Shown piece by piece: positions 12,218-24,914 of a DNA stretch of 64,000 nt. A model generated the notes under the pieces. It was not told the origin of the DNA. It did not search any database and saw nothing but the letters and a program-made list of their open reading frames with translations. The stretch is taken from positions 95,294,001 to 95,358,000 of the forward strand of contig NC_043003.1 of NCBI RefSeq assembly GCF_006345805.1, given 5' to 3'. Origin of the DNA: Octopus sinensis (taxonomy: Eukaryota). Each line of letters opens with the position of its first letter. Position 1 is the stretch's first letter. The translations under genes and the position numbers were made by a program.

Positions 12218-12268
<51 letters not shown>

Positions 12269-12554
12269 ATGTATGATGTATGTATGTATGATGTATGTAT
12301 GTATGTATGTATGATGTATGTATGTATGATGTATGTATGTATGTATGTGTGTATGTGTGTATGTGTGTATGTATGTATGTATGTATGTGTGTATGTATGT
12401 ATGTATGTGTGTGTATGTGTGTGTGTGTGTGTGTATGTGTGTTGTGTGTGTGTGTGTGGTGTGTGTGTGTGTGTGTATACGTGCAGATTTGTATGTTTTG
12501 TTTTATGTATGTCTTCTCATGCATATACTTGCATATCTAGACACGCTCATATAT

Positions 12555-13165
12555 ACTTAAATGATAAACTTCTGGAAAGTTTTAAAGACTTTTACAGTTC
12601 CAGTGATCTTTTACAGTTCTTGGATCTGTAGTCTTCGAATTAGCTTTCTTCTTTCTGGTTTTGAGAAGCCTAATTTCTCAAGATTGGTATTTAGGCAGTG
12701 TGTTACATATCCCAGTGTCCCAATATTTACAAGTATAAACCTGAACTTGTAATGTGGGTAAAGTAGCTGGAGATTCCTCAATAGTTCAACGTAAGTATTC
12801 CCTTTTTAGCAGCTCTTTAGCTTTATGTTAACATCCGTTGAGCAGCTGATTTCCACAACTGTACACAATTTATCTTCTCTATCCCAAAACATTATATCGG
12901 GTCTATTGTGTTTACATTTTATTGAGGTTTTCATTGGGACATTCTTCCAATGAGTGGCTATAGGTTCCACCATATTGTGGGTCCTTATTTCTTTGTCCTC
13001 GGAGTTATCCTTTTGACGTATCTCGATATACATTGTCCTAGCTACAGCATCGTGTTTCATCGGTATATGATAACATGATAACGTTTTTGGACAACTGCTT
13101 ATGATGTGGGTGATATTTTCGGTGACAACTCCACAAAGTCTGCATCGGACATTCCACCGGTACTC
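12555..13165 (-). pseudogene. RLE-type (R2/NeSL/Hero group) LINE ORF 3' fragment
   Basis: CRLCGVVTENITHIISSCP (CCHC knuckle), KHDAVAR, RPDIMFWDREDKLCTVVEIS (RLE PD..D/E), and YVELLRNLQLLYP...GTLGYV...LEKLGF...GTVKVFKTF. Contains stops. Confidence 0.85.
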
Positions 13166-13218
13166 CTTAAGTATGTATGTACGTATGTATTTATTATGTA
13201 TGTATGTATGTATGTATG

Positions 13219-13553
13219 TGAAGGCGCATGGCTCAGTGGTTAGGATGTCGAGCGTACGATCGTGAGGTTCTGTGTTCGATTCCCGGACTGGGCTGCGTGT
13301 TGTGTTCTTGAGAAAGACACTTTATTTCACGTTGCTCCAGTTAACTCAGCTGTAGAAATGAGTTGCAACGTCACAGGTGTCAAGCTCTATCGGCCTTTGC
13401 CTTTCCTTTGGATAACATCAGTGATGTGGAGAGGGGAGGATGGTACGCATGGGTGACTGCTGGTCTTCCGTAAACAATCTTGCCTGGACTTGTGCCTCGG
13501 ATAGTAACTTTCTAGGTGCAATCCCATGGTCATTCATGACCGAAGGGGTCTCT
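13219..13553 (+). mobile_element. SINE family C subfamily copy
   Basis: Matches 11852-12190 along its length. Confidence 0.9.
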
Positions 13554-13844
13554 TTATGTATGTATGTATGTATGTATGTATGTATGTATGTATGTATGCA
13601 TGCATGTAGATAGGTATGTATGTATGTCTGTATGTATGTAGGTAGGTAGGTAGGTAGGTAGGTAGGTAGGTAGACAGATAGAAAGAGTGAGAGAGCGACG
13701 CAAAGACACAATAGTAGTGTTTCTCGACTACTTTTTTGCCTATGAACTTCCTTGATCCTACTTTTACTCTTCCAGACCTCAATAGCCATCCGATGGGGGC
13801 ACAAAATATCCTACCATATGTTTATAATTAAATATTAAGAATTC

Positions 13845-14111
13845 TTTTATCTTTTACTTATTTCAGTCATCAGACTGCAACCATGTATGTATGTATATAT
13901 GTATGAATTTCTGCCTTGAAGAATTTTTAGTTGAATGAAATTGCCTCCAGCACTTATATTTTTTTTAAAGCCTGGTACTTATTATATCGGTCACTGTTGC
14001 TAAACCACTAAGTTACAGGGACGTAAACACACCAACACCGATTGCCGAGCGGTGGTGGGAGTACAAACACTGATACAAAGACGTACACACATAATTATCT
14101 CTCTCTCTCTT

Positions 14112-14161
<50 letters not shown>

Positions 14162-14241
14162 AATATGAGAGATCCCTATGTGGATCCCTTGTATGCTAAA
14201 AATAGACGTCAAACTGTCTTACCACTAAATTCTCAACTTAG

Positions 14242-14294
<53 letters not shown>

Positions 14295-14460
14295 ATCGGT
14301 TTCTTTCAGTTTCTATCTACCAAATCCACTCAAAGGGCTTTGGTCGGCCTGAGGCTGTAGTAGAAGACACCTGCTCAAGGAGCCACGCAGCGGAACTGAA
14401 CTCGGAACCATACGGTTAGGAAGCAAGTTCCTTACCACACAGCCAAGCCTGCGCCTATTG
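13845..14460 (-). mobile_element. SINE B, split by microsatellites
   Basis: Family B segments in reverse complement at 13845-14080 and 14297-14460. Confidence 0.75.
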
Positions 14461-14599
14461 TGTAAAATAATCAACATATTTTGTGTATTGTAGAAGCATA
14501 AGCAATTTGCTGCATATAAATGTCGACAACAAAATCTTACCATTGGCCCCAGTCAAGAACCACCCGCTTTCGTAGAAGGAAAATAATTATTTTAGCTAT

Positions 14600-14765
14600 A
14601 TAGGCGCAGGAGTGGCTGTGTGGTAAGTAGCTTGCTTACCAACCACATGGTTCCGGGTTCAGTCCCACTGCGTGGCACCTTGGGCAAGTGTCTTCTACTA
14701 TAGCCTCGGGCCGACCAAAGCCTTGTGAGTGGATTTGGTAGACGGAAACTGAAAGAAGCCCGTCA
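14600..14765 (+). mobile_element. SINE B 5' half (3' half resumes at 16945-17165)
   Basis: Consensus head and core. The internal (TA)n spacer is interrupted by the LINE at 14829-16920. Confidence 0.9.
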
Positions 14766-14771
14766 TATATA

Positions 14772-14820
<49 letters not shown>

Positions 14821-14828
14821 TATATATA

Positions 14829-16920
14829 GGAGGAATTACAACCGTGTTTCGTGGTCTGCTACCACAACAGATCCTTTATAGGATCCAGTTAGCTCAAGAC
14901 ATAATCAGGAGGAACCCCGTCCGGTTTCGGCCCCTACTCCTCTACCGTTTTGACGTGGCACCCCCCCCCTTTCGGAGGTGTCTTCAGCTCTGGTGTTGGG
15001 TGCATGTCTTCTTTCTTCTGTTCCCTGGCCTCTTCGATGTATCGTCAGCGAGTGTCAGCCGGTGACTGACTGTCTTGTTAAATTTTTCCCTTTAAATACC
15101 TGCCGCATAGGCTCCAGTAGGCAGCCCCAGCAAGTTGTCACGTGACAATGTCTCACTTTAACTGACTAGTGAAGGCGCGTAGTTTTAGCCCGTGCCTTTT
15201 GTAAACGACCGTCACCTGTCAGTCAGCGAAGCTGATTCAGTCAGCTTGTCTCACCTAATGATGTTATTTCCCGTCGGCGTGTTTATGATTTTCAAGCCAT
15301 TTTCGGTCTTCCTGCTTCAGCCATATATAGAAGCTGACTTTTTCGACCGCTTCCTGTACTCTCCTTATTAGTTTATGCAGCTCGGAGCTAGAAAAAACAA
15401 ATCTTTTGAAAAGCGTTGTCATTTTCTTTTCAATGAAGCTTCTAGCCCCCACTGCCAGGTGATAATATTCGACATTCCATCCCTGTTCTCTGCATTCTTC
15501 GATTAGCTTTTCATACCTCTTCTCCTTTCGTTCCTCTGCATTGCTGTTGTTCTCTTCCCAAGGTATTGTCAGTTCTAGTAAAATTCCCATTCTCCGGACT
15601 CTGTTCCATAGAACTAAATCCAGTCTTTTTGTTGTTTTTATTAGTGGAAATATTACTTGTCTTTCCAAGTCCGTGGCCACCTCCCAGTATCCCTTCCATC
15701 TTTCGTCTATCTCGTATACTTTACTTGTAGGCCTGGTTTTATAACCTTTTCCCTCCTTGTGGAAGTATACTTTCCTGCGCTTTTCTACTTTTGAGTACTC
15801 TCCCCTATTGTACCTCTCGATTTTCTCCTTGAGTGCTTATGACGCCGAGGACTTGATTATGCCGCCAAGTATTTCTTTCAAGTGCTAGTCTGCAACTTGA
15901 CAGAACATGTCTAACCGTCGCTTTCTCTCCGCATCTACACTCATCGGTTGTTTTTATGTTCCACCGGACTAAGTTCGCCGGTGAGGGTAGAACGTCGAAG
16001 GTAGACTTGATCAGGAAGGATGTTCTTGCTTGTTCCCATGATATCCTTCCATGATATTCTGCGGTTGATCACATATTCGTCCCATCTCAGGCACTGTCCC
16101 TGTTGACTGCATTGCACCAAATGTACATTTCGCCTTTCTTCTTCCTCCTTTCTCACTTCGTATACCACTGCCTCTTTCATCTCTTTTACACTGCTCTTGC
16201 AAAATGGCCTGAAATTTTGCGACCCTAGGCCGATTCTAGCTTCTTGTGTCGCTCCGACTATATCTGCGTGTCTTAGTTTTCCGATCGCCCTGTTTACTGC
16301 CTCTTCCGCCTTCCATTTCCTTCCTGTTCGTACCTTTGGAGGGTTTTCCCGGATGCTGTGATCTTTTGAATATCTTAGCATCATTACTGTCCTTGCCTTT
16401 CCTGCCTTATATTCTTCGGTGATTGATGTTATTGGTAGTTGCAGCACGGGTTTTCCATATAGTGCAGTTGTATTCAGTGGTTTCGGCAGACCAAGCCATT
16501 TTCTGATAAACACACTGCATCTTTGCTCCATACTTTCTACTCTACTCGAGGCTATTTCGTACATTTGCAATGACCACATTATTCATGGGTACAGCCCAAA
16601 TTGCAGTATCCAACATTTGAATTTTCCCGGCAGCGTTGTTCTGTCAATTACCTTTAATCCTTGTTCTACTAACTCGTGTGTTTCTTTCCCTTGCTTCTTA
16701 TCATTTAATAAGTCTCTATACCATCTGCCGAGACTCTTTACTGATTGTTCTTTCACCGTTGGTATGTCTTCACTTCCTATCCTGAATTTCACTTCTTTTT
16801 GCCTTCCTTTCACGAAAGCCACGCTTCGAGAATTTTTGGTTTTGAATTTCATCCTTGCCCATCCTATCAGTTCGTCCAACCGCTCTAACGTTCCCTCTGC
16901 TGCTTCTCTACTTTCCGATA
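14829..16920 (-). mobile_element. Hero-like (R2 group, RLE) non-LTR retrotransposon, 5'-truncated
   Basis: WARMKFK..SRS, FKCWILQFGLYP*IMW, RKWLGLP, VRTGRKWKAEEAV, IKSTFDVLPSPANLVRW, CRCGEKATVRHVLSSC, TWRHNQVL, RLDLVLW...ILLELTIPWEE, AVGARSF. Stop at 15264 followed by a 435-nt 3' flank taken as the UTR. Confidence 0.85.
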
Positions 16921-16944
16921 ATATTATTATTATTAATATATATA

Positions 16945-17165
16945 TGTGTGTGTGTGTTTGTGTGTCTGTGTTTGTCTCCCCCCCCATCCTCGCTTGACAA
17001 CCAATGCTGGTGTGTTTACGTCCCCGTAACTTAGTGGTTCGGCAAAAAGAGACCGATAGAATAAGTACTAGGCTTACAAAGAATAAGTCCTGGGATCGAC
17101 TTGCTCGACTAAAGGCGGTGCTCCAGCATGGCTACAGTCAGATGACTGAAACAAGTAAAAGAGTA
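16945..17165 (+). mobile_element. SINE B 3' half
   Basis: GCTTGACAACCAATGCTGG...GGCGGTGCTCCAGCATGG...GACTGAAACAAGTAAAAGAGT. Confidence 0.9.
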
Positions 17166-17739
17166 TATCAATGTGATACTTGTTTTAAGAAGGGTGAAAG
17201 GCGATGTCGTCCCTCGTAGGATTTGAATTCAGGGAGGTGAGCATACGTTCCGTGAAACAATTTATTCCAGCGCTCTAATATTTCTATCCAGATATATTCC
17301 TTTTCACTATAATTAGTAATATTTAGTCAATTTTACTAGTTATATATTCGACTTATTTCTGCTAGGTTTCTTTGTAAGACAACCTCAGTCGAGGTTTTGG
17401 TAAAACCGAGGTTGTATTAATAAAAAACAACATTTGTCAATGTGTTGTACAGCAGACTCGAATCTAAACACATGATTGCGAATCGAATTTTCCAATCACA
17501 GAGTCATGCCTCAACCCCACTGGAGGTCTTCGTTATGCTCCCATTCTGGAGTATACCCTAAAACTCAACTCAACAACACTTTATCTCTGATTTCATGTAA
17601 CTCACCTCTCTCTCTCTTTTCTCTCCTTTCTCTGTCTTTCTTTCGCCCCTCCCCTGTGTGTGTGTGTGTGTGTGTGCGCGCGTGCGTGTGTACGTGCCAC
17701 CATGGACTCTCCCGTCGTTTGACGACGTATGACGGTTCT

Positions 17740-18200
17740 GCAATTTCTTGCTGAACAACCACACAGGGGATTTGTTTATAGTGGTCAAATGTTTGTGTTC
17801 GCATGGGCTAATCCCCTTCCATCAGATCGACAATACCTGTACAGTTGCACGACGTGCCACATGTCAGATGACGAAGTGATCGTAGACCTCCAGGAAATGA
17901 AGTGTTTCGCTCAAGAACACAACGCAACGCGTGGCGTAGTGGTTAAAGTCTTCTGTGGTTAGGAAGTGCGATTCAGAGCGGCGCACTGTATCCTTGAACA
18001 AGGCACTTTATTTCATATTTCTCCAGTCCACTCAGCTGGAAAAAAATGTGCTATGCCTGTAACTCAAAGGGCAGCTTTAACACACTTTGTGTCATGATGA
18101 CTCTCACTAGAAGGGACATTAGGTTTACGCATGTTTGTGTTGTTAGTTTCAGGAGCAGACTGTTCCGTTGATCGGATCAACTGTAACATTCGACAGAGTG
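17740..18200. mobile_element. Diverged SINE C-related fragments in both orientations
   Basis: CTCCAGTCCACTCAGCTGG and GACTGTTCCGTTGATCGGATCAAC motifs. Confidence 0.55.
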
Positions 18201-19012
18201 CCATTTTCCCATTTTTTATACGCACATACATACATACATACATACATACATACAACATACATACATACATATCCATTTGATTTGCTTCAGAAAGTGCTCT
18301 AAAAAGCTCTTACGCTTGTTGCTGTCAGCTACCACCTGTTAGTCTCATTTTTCAGTGTAATCCCATGGGATGGTTATATACGTGGGACGCCTTTCAGCTT
18401 AGGATAAATATAATAATAACGATAATGATTTGGCGATCGAAATCGTTTTATTACACAAACACACGCACGCACACGCACGCATACTGTACTGTTCTGTGAT
18501 GGTAAAACCAACAAGTAAAATGTACTCCATCTAAATATTATTTAATAGATATTTAATAGACACAGTACATGTTTTTTATGTGCTACTAATAGTTACTTTG
18601 GTGAGAACATGCCAAATAATGAATTATAACATGTATAATATCTCCACCACCAACACACACACACATACACATATAGTCTTTCTTCTACGCTCAAAAGAAA
18701 CCTATAAATTCTTGTTGCAATTGCAGATGTGTAGGGGGCGGGATTAAGGTGCATGGCCTAATGATTAAGCTATTTGGCTCATGATCGAAGTACAGAGGGA
18801 TGGTGTATTGTGACGTTGTGCTTGGCACTTCATTTCCCTTTGAGCTAGTCTTCTTAGTGGTAATAAATGCCATCCCGGTGCTAGTGCAGCTCTCTTTCCC
18901 TCTAGCTGTTACATCTTGACGCTCCGCTAGGTCAAGAGCGAGGGGATCGGAGAAGGTGTTAATGTCTGCTCGTGAGTTCATAACCACTTAAAGCAATTAC
19001 TGAAAGCATGGT

Positions 19013-19245
19013 GGCGGCGAGCTGGCTGAAGCGGTAGCACGCCGGGCGAAATGCTTGGCAGTATTTCGTCTGCCGCTACGTTCTGAGTTCAAATTCCGCC
19101 GGGGTCGGCTTTGCCTTTCATTCTTTCGGGGTCGATTAAAGAAGTACCAGTCACGCACTGGGGTCGATATAATCGACTTAATCCGTTTGTCTGTCCTTGT
19201 TTGTCCCCTCTGTGTTTAGCCCCTTGTGGGTAGTAAAGAAATAGC
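19013..19245 (+). mobile_element. SINE family A
   Basis: Full consensus match. Confidence 0.9.
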
Positions 19246-19741
19246 TACATTTTACCATATTATACTATACGGCAAGCTGTACTGAGAATGGAGGCTTTCC
19301 AGAAGGGGTCACAAAGAATAGTTATCCCTAAATATGAGGAATCTACGGTGGTGGCGTGTCTTTATTAAAGGCTTAATTTGTTCATAAACAAAGTTGTTGC
19401 TGGTATCATTGTCGTTGTCGTTCTTGTTCTTGTTCTTGTTTAAGCCATGTCTGATTGAACGGACTTATGCTAAAAGGCGTCTCCTGTCAAAAATGACAAA
19501 GTCATTTACTTTTTTTTACCGCAAAAGACGTAGGTGTATTTGTGTGTGTGGGGGGGGGTAAGACGTTTGGTTTCCAAGCACGTGGTTTCGAATTCAGTCC
19601 CACTGCATGGCATGCTGGACATGTGCATTCTACTATAACCTCTGGCCGATCAAGGTCTTGTTGGCGGATTTGGTAGACGAAAGCTGAAAGAAGCCCATCG
19701 TGTGTGTGCGTGTGCGTACGTGTGTGTGCGTGTGTTAAAAC

Positions 19742-20065
19742 TGCTACTCCGTCGGTTACGACGACGAACATTCCAGTTGATTCGATCAACAGAACAACCT
19801 GCGCATAAAATTAGCGTGCAAGTGGCTGAGCACTCCACAGACATGCGTACCCTTAACATAGTTCTCAGGGAAATTCAGCGTGACACAGAATGTGACAAGT
19901 CTGGCTATTTGAAATACAAGTACAACACATTATTTTTTTTGGCAGCTGAGTGGATTAAAGCAATGCGTAATAAAGCGTCTAGCTCAAGTATACGACTCGC
20001 CGCTGGGAATCGAACTCACGATCTTACAATCGTGAGCCAGATACCCTAACCCCTAAGCCACGCTT
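19742..20065 (-). mobile_element. SINE family C
   Basis: Reverse copy matching 45258-45633. Confidence 0.85.
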
Positions 20066-20327
20066 AGCGGTTTAGTGTCTATCATGAAAAGGAAAAATCA
20101 GGCCGAAACCACGTGATCTGGTAGTCTGAGCAGCGGAAATAGCGGTGATTGTTTATCACTGGCAATGGCTATGATGTGCTTTTATGCGTGAGTTTTCTCT
20201 CTTGGTAAATATTGCAGTGTTTGTGTGTTCTAACGCAACTATCCATTTTTAAGTGGTGAATATTTTACCTTCGGGCATTAATACTGCCTCTATCGTTCTA
20301 TTTACTTTTTATACATACATACATACA

Positions 20328-20359
<32 letters not shown>

Positions 20360-20399
20360 CATACATACATACCTAAATGTGTGTATGTATGTATTTATA

Positions 20400-20630
20400 A
20401 GGCGGTGAGCTGGCAGAAACGTTAGCACGCCGGGCGAAATGCATAGCCGTATTTCGTCTGCCGTTACGTTCTGAGTTCAAATTCCGCCGAGGTCGACTTT
20501 GCCTTTCATCCTTTCGGGGTCGATAAATTAAGTACCAATCACGCACTAGGTCGATGTAATCGACTTAATCCCTTTGTCTGTCCTTGTTTGTCCCTTCTAT
20601 GTTTAGCCCCTTCTGGGTAGTAAAGAAATG
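20400..20630 (+). mobile_element. SINE family A
   Basis: Full consensus match. Confidence 0.9.
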
Positions 20631-21196
20631 TATTTATGTTCGTGTATGTGTGTATAGATTTGTGTTTTTTACTTACCAGCGCCTAACAACTTGTGTTGGT
20701 TTGTTTAAGTCCACGTAAAGTGTCGGTTCTGCATAAAGAAATCGAATGAATAAGTACCAGGCTTTAGAAATCAAGTACCAAGAATGATTTCTTCGCCTAT
20801 ATCCATTCAACTGGTACTTCAACATGGGTGCAGTCCATGGACTGGAACAAATAATGGATAAGAGTACACCTCGTAATATATTATGTGGGATGACGTCAGC
20901 AGCTGGGGAGCTGACCGGAACTTGGGGCTGACCGGAAGGGGTAGGAGTGACGCGCGCGCAGGCAGGGCAGGATTCGGCCCTTTTCGATCGAGGTATCCGA
21001 GGGAGTGAGACGCATGAGCACGTTGTTAAGGTAGGGGAGAAGCAGCTGCTATTTCTAGCGTTCGGGTCGGGCTGCGTTGAAGGATCCATTACCGCTGAAA
21101 GGTCCCCGTCGAGCGAAGAGAAGGTAGGTGTCCTTATTTCGAATCTCTCGCATACACCACAAGCTATTTCAGCACTCCATATAAGACGTCACCACG

Positions 21197-21660
21197 ATGG
21201 CAGCGAAAATCAGGATCGCCAGCGACATTATCAAACCCTTTAATGGTGAAGGCGATGTAGTGACCTGGATTCGTAAAATCAGGCTGGTGGCAAGACTGCA
21301 AGGCATAAGCGATGTGGCAAGTCTTTGGCTGTATTTGGAAGGGAGCGCGTTGACGCTATATCTTGAGATGGACGAGGAAGAACGTCTGAGCGAGGAGAAG
21401 ATAGAGCAACGCCTGAGAGATGCTTACACCGAGTGTGAGTATACAGCTTTTGCTAAGCTGGGTACGATTAGATGGACGGGAGGACAGGTGGACGAATACG
21501 CAGCAGAAGTGCAAAGATTAGCCAAGGTGGCTGGGTTTACAGGAGAAGGGCTGGAGAGAACAGCGCGACCGGCATTCGTAAATGGGTTCTCCGACGAGGT
21601 AGGGATTCACCTACAACAATAGGCCGGGAGTAAAAAGATGGCGCTGAGCGAACTTGTGAC
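21197..21660 (+). pseudogene. Gypsy gag
   Basis: IKPFNGEGDVVTWIRKIRLVARLQ...LYLEGSALTLY...RLAKVAG...FVNGF; in-frame stop at 21622. Confidence 0.8.
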
Positions 21661-21939
21661 TCAAGCACGCGTGTTGACGCGACACACTGGGATGAAGCTG
21701 CGAAGAGATAGCTCGGGTGAGTTGGTGTTCCGGAGAGGGAATGAAATCCCAGAGCTGAGTTCCAGCGTCAGCAGGAGAGAGCAGTTCTCAGTGTGTGGGG
21801 AGTTGGTCGGTCACTACCCGATCGCTTGATGGCTGCACACAGCGTGCAGTTACACCAAGAGACGAGCGGAGGGGGAGAGTTGGGGCGACAAGGTGGGAAA
21901 AGGGACGGTGGCGATGATGCAGGAAATCCTAGAGAGGAC

Positions 21940-23184
21940 GAGAGCGGAAGACCCGGTCAGGGGGAACTGGTACGTGCCCAAGGCGGAATGCGGGACCGTC
22001 TGGAATGATGATAGCAGTATAGCGATAGGGGTTGTGTTGGCGATCGAAGGCGCTGCGGTGGAGGACGCGGCCTGGCTTCGGAAAGCAGATGACTTCAACC
22101 ACATCAATGTCGCCGAATTAGACGCACTGCTGAAAGGGGTGAACTTGGCCCTGAAATGGGGGCTGCGCATAATTGAAATCCGGACGGATTCGGCCACTGT
22201 GCTTGGCTGGGTAGGATCGGTAATCACCGGTGAAAGGAGAGTTCGGACGAAAGGTGCCGCGGAGATGTTAGTGAAGCACCGTCTAGGAGTTCTAGGAGAA
22301 TTGATTGCCAAGTTCGGACTGAAGCTGAACGTGGTTTTTGTGCCATCAGAAAAACAGGGCGGACGCACTGACCAGGGTGAAAAGGGCGTTGTTGGAGGAA
22401 CCGGTGGAGACTCGGAAAGGGATAGCTGCGGCGTGTCGGTTGGATGACTCTGAACTGAAGAGACTGCATGCTATGCATCACTTGGATGTGGACAGGACCC
22501 TGTATCTGGTGAAGAAAATTGATGCTGACGTCACTAAGAGAAGCATCCGGAAAGTGGTCGGGAGCTGCGACAGGTGTCAGTCCATTGACCCTGCTCCGTG
22601 TGGGCATGAGCAAGGAAACCTTTCGGTGGAGCACAACTGAAAAAGGCTAGCTGTGGATGTGACGCACTACCGTCAGGGAATGTATCTCTCCATGGTCGAC
22701 TGCGGCCATTTGGAGGGAGTTGAGAACGGGCATTACTGACGAGATTGCGCAGATTTTGATCGGGATATTTTTAGAGAGAGGTCCCGTGGAAGAACTGCTA
22801 ATGGACAACGGGGTGGCGTTTCGTTCGGAAGCATTGAGGGATATGCTCGACCAGTGGAAGGTGCGTCGCTTGTTCAGAGCAGCGTATAGGCCGAGCGGTA
22901 ACGGGATCGTAGAGAGGCACCATCGGACAGTCAAGGCCATAGCGGAAAGAGGGCACATTTCGCCGCTTGAAGCAGTTTTTTGGTACAACTTGTCTCCCCG
23001 ATCCGGACAAACTGAAGAATCTGTGCCGCAGAGAGCTGTATTTAAATATGAATGGAGGCACCCGAGTAAAGCGCCGGAGGGCCACGAGGAAGAGAAGGGA
23101 CCCGCTTGCGTGAAAATAGGGGAGGAAGTCTGTGTTAAGCCACCAAAGACGCGCTGTACGTCTCAATGGAGCAGAGGAAGGTGA
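21940..23184 (+). pseudogene. Gypsy pol remnant: RNase HI, H2C2, integrase
   Basis: VWNDDSSIAIG / HINVAELDA / IRTDSATV / NRADALTR (RNase H). LHAMHH...CDRCQ (zinc finger). RLAVDVTHY, LLMDNGVAFRS, RPSGNGIVERHHRTVK (DDE integrase). Frameshifted. Confidence 0.9.
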
Positions 23185-23279
23185 CGGCGGTCAATTCCAG
23201 AAACAACGTCTCCGTGGGTGGAATGCCGCGACACGTCTTGAACCTTCGCAGGATTGTTGCTTCGTCGGACGACGATTGT

Positions 23280-23833
23280 CAAAAATTATCTGCACATTCG
23301 CCATAGCATATATTTATTATTGTCACACCGCTTACTGCGCATGCGTGCTTATAGTTGGTGCTATTGTGGTCACGCGATCGAAGTTAGAGCATGATTGTGC
23401 TATTTTTGTTTCTGGCTTTAAAGTTTTTTACAAGCAATGTAAACCAAAGAAGAACAAAGAGCGTTGAACCGATTTCTCTGAAAAAGCGGTATACGATCAA
23501 CAGTACAAGATACAGTGCTTTGCCAGCCAATAAAACTGAACCAGCAATTCGCTACAAACGTCGTAGCCTATGGTCGAAGAAAGTTTTGTTGTTGCATGAC
23601 AATGAACACCAACACACAGCCACCCAGACCATTGAAACCATTAACCGACTGGGTTTTGAGGTGCTGGAACATCCTGCCCACAGCGCAGATCTCGCCCCTT
23701 CCGACTATCATATCTTTGGATCGCTCAAAGATGGTTTACGAGGTTGTTGATTTCATACAGATGAAGATGTGAAGAAAACGGTGCATAAATGGTTGCACAA
23801 GATGTGAAGGAAACGGTGCATAAATGGTTGCAT
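23280..23833 (+). mobile_element. Internally deleted mariner
   Basis: EEQRALNRF N-terminus fused to VLLLHDNEHQHTA...VLEHPAHSADLAPSDYHIFGSLK (DD34D region). Ends in a 35-bp tandem duplication at 23764-23833. Confidence 0.85.
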
Positions 23834-24899
23834 CTTTGCGTTGCGTTTATAGACTATGAGAAGGCCTTCGATAGCATCGAAACCAACGCAGTGCTGAACT
23901 CGCTGCAGAAGCAAGGAGTCGAAGCGCAATATGTGCAGCTGCTCAGAGAGGCAAATTCCGGATGCACCACCGACATAGCTCTACTGTCATCACCCATACG
24001 AGTGCATGTCGAGAAGGGAGTGAAGCAAGGAGATACAATCTCCCCAAAACTTTTCACTGCATGTCTCGAACAGATCATCAGAGGCATCGACTGGCAAGGT
24101 GGTGTCAACATCCGTTTCGCTGACGACATCATACTCATCGCTGAAAACACCGGATCAGCTTCAGACCATGCTGACGGAGCTCGACATCAAAAGTTCTGCA
24201 GTCGGTCTCAAGATGAACCGCATGAAAACAAAGTTCATGCGGTCAGACAACGTACCAACAGGTCGAATGGTGATCGGCAGTGATGAAATAGAGGAGGTAA
24301 GGGAATATGTCTACTTGGGACAGGAAGTAAATATGTGCCGAGATATCGAAAAGGAGATCTCACGGAGAGTAAGGGCCGGATGGAAGGCGTTTAATGGCAT
24401 AAGGGATGTGCTCAAGGGAAGGTTGTACAGGACCACCCGCGCCGACCTCATTAACAGTGCAGTTATGCAATGTTATATGGTAGTGAAACATGGGCTACCA
24501 CAAAGAGAGAAGAGCAAAGACTGGTAACGGCTCAAAGAGCCATGGAAAGGTCAATGCTTGGTATCTCGTTGAGAGAGCACATCAGTAGCGAGATCATCAG
24601 AAAGAAGTCTGGCGTGAGGGATGTCATCGCAGAGTACACACGCAGCAAGTATAGATGGGCTGGACACGTCGCCCGATTCACCGATAATCGGTGGACGCAC
24701 GCAGTTGTCGAGTGGTACCCGCGCGAGCGGAAAAGACCACCCGGAAGACCTCCACGACGGTGGAGTTACGATTTCAGGAGGACGATTGGGATCACGTGGA
24801 TGAGAAAGGCGCGATCCAGAGAGGAGTGGACAGCGTGCTGTGACCAGCGGTGTCAAATGGACACCTGACGGACTGGTCGGTCAAGGTGATCAAGGTGAT
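23834..24899 (+). mobile_element. RTE-clade LINE, 5'-truncated
   Basis: FIDYEKAFDS, GVKQGDTISPKLF, RFADDI, GLKMNRMKTK, YVYLGQ, MLYGSETW, RWAGHVAR, KRPPGRPPRRW. Tail CAAGGTGATCAAGGTGAT. Confidence 0.92.
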
Positions 24900-24914
24900 A
24901 TATATATATATATA

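Larger units (their letters stand above)
20884..23270 (+). mobile_element. Gypsy-type LTR retrotransposon, RT deleted, 3' LTR missing
   Basis: Putative 5' LTR TGTGGG...CACCACA (20884-21161), then gag, RNase H, H2C2 zinc finger and integrase in order. GC-rich relative to flanks. Confidence 0.85.

Noticed and set aside
20165-20187. Alternative first exon MAMMCFY with GTGAGT donor near CACGTG and GGAAAT motifs
   Set aside because: Too short to separate from chance without transcript data.
23789-24283. Mariner-RTE fusion protein ORF
   Set aside because: Starts at a non-ATG inside a 35-bp duplication; both partners are truncated and frameshifted.
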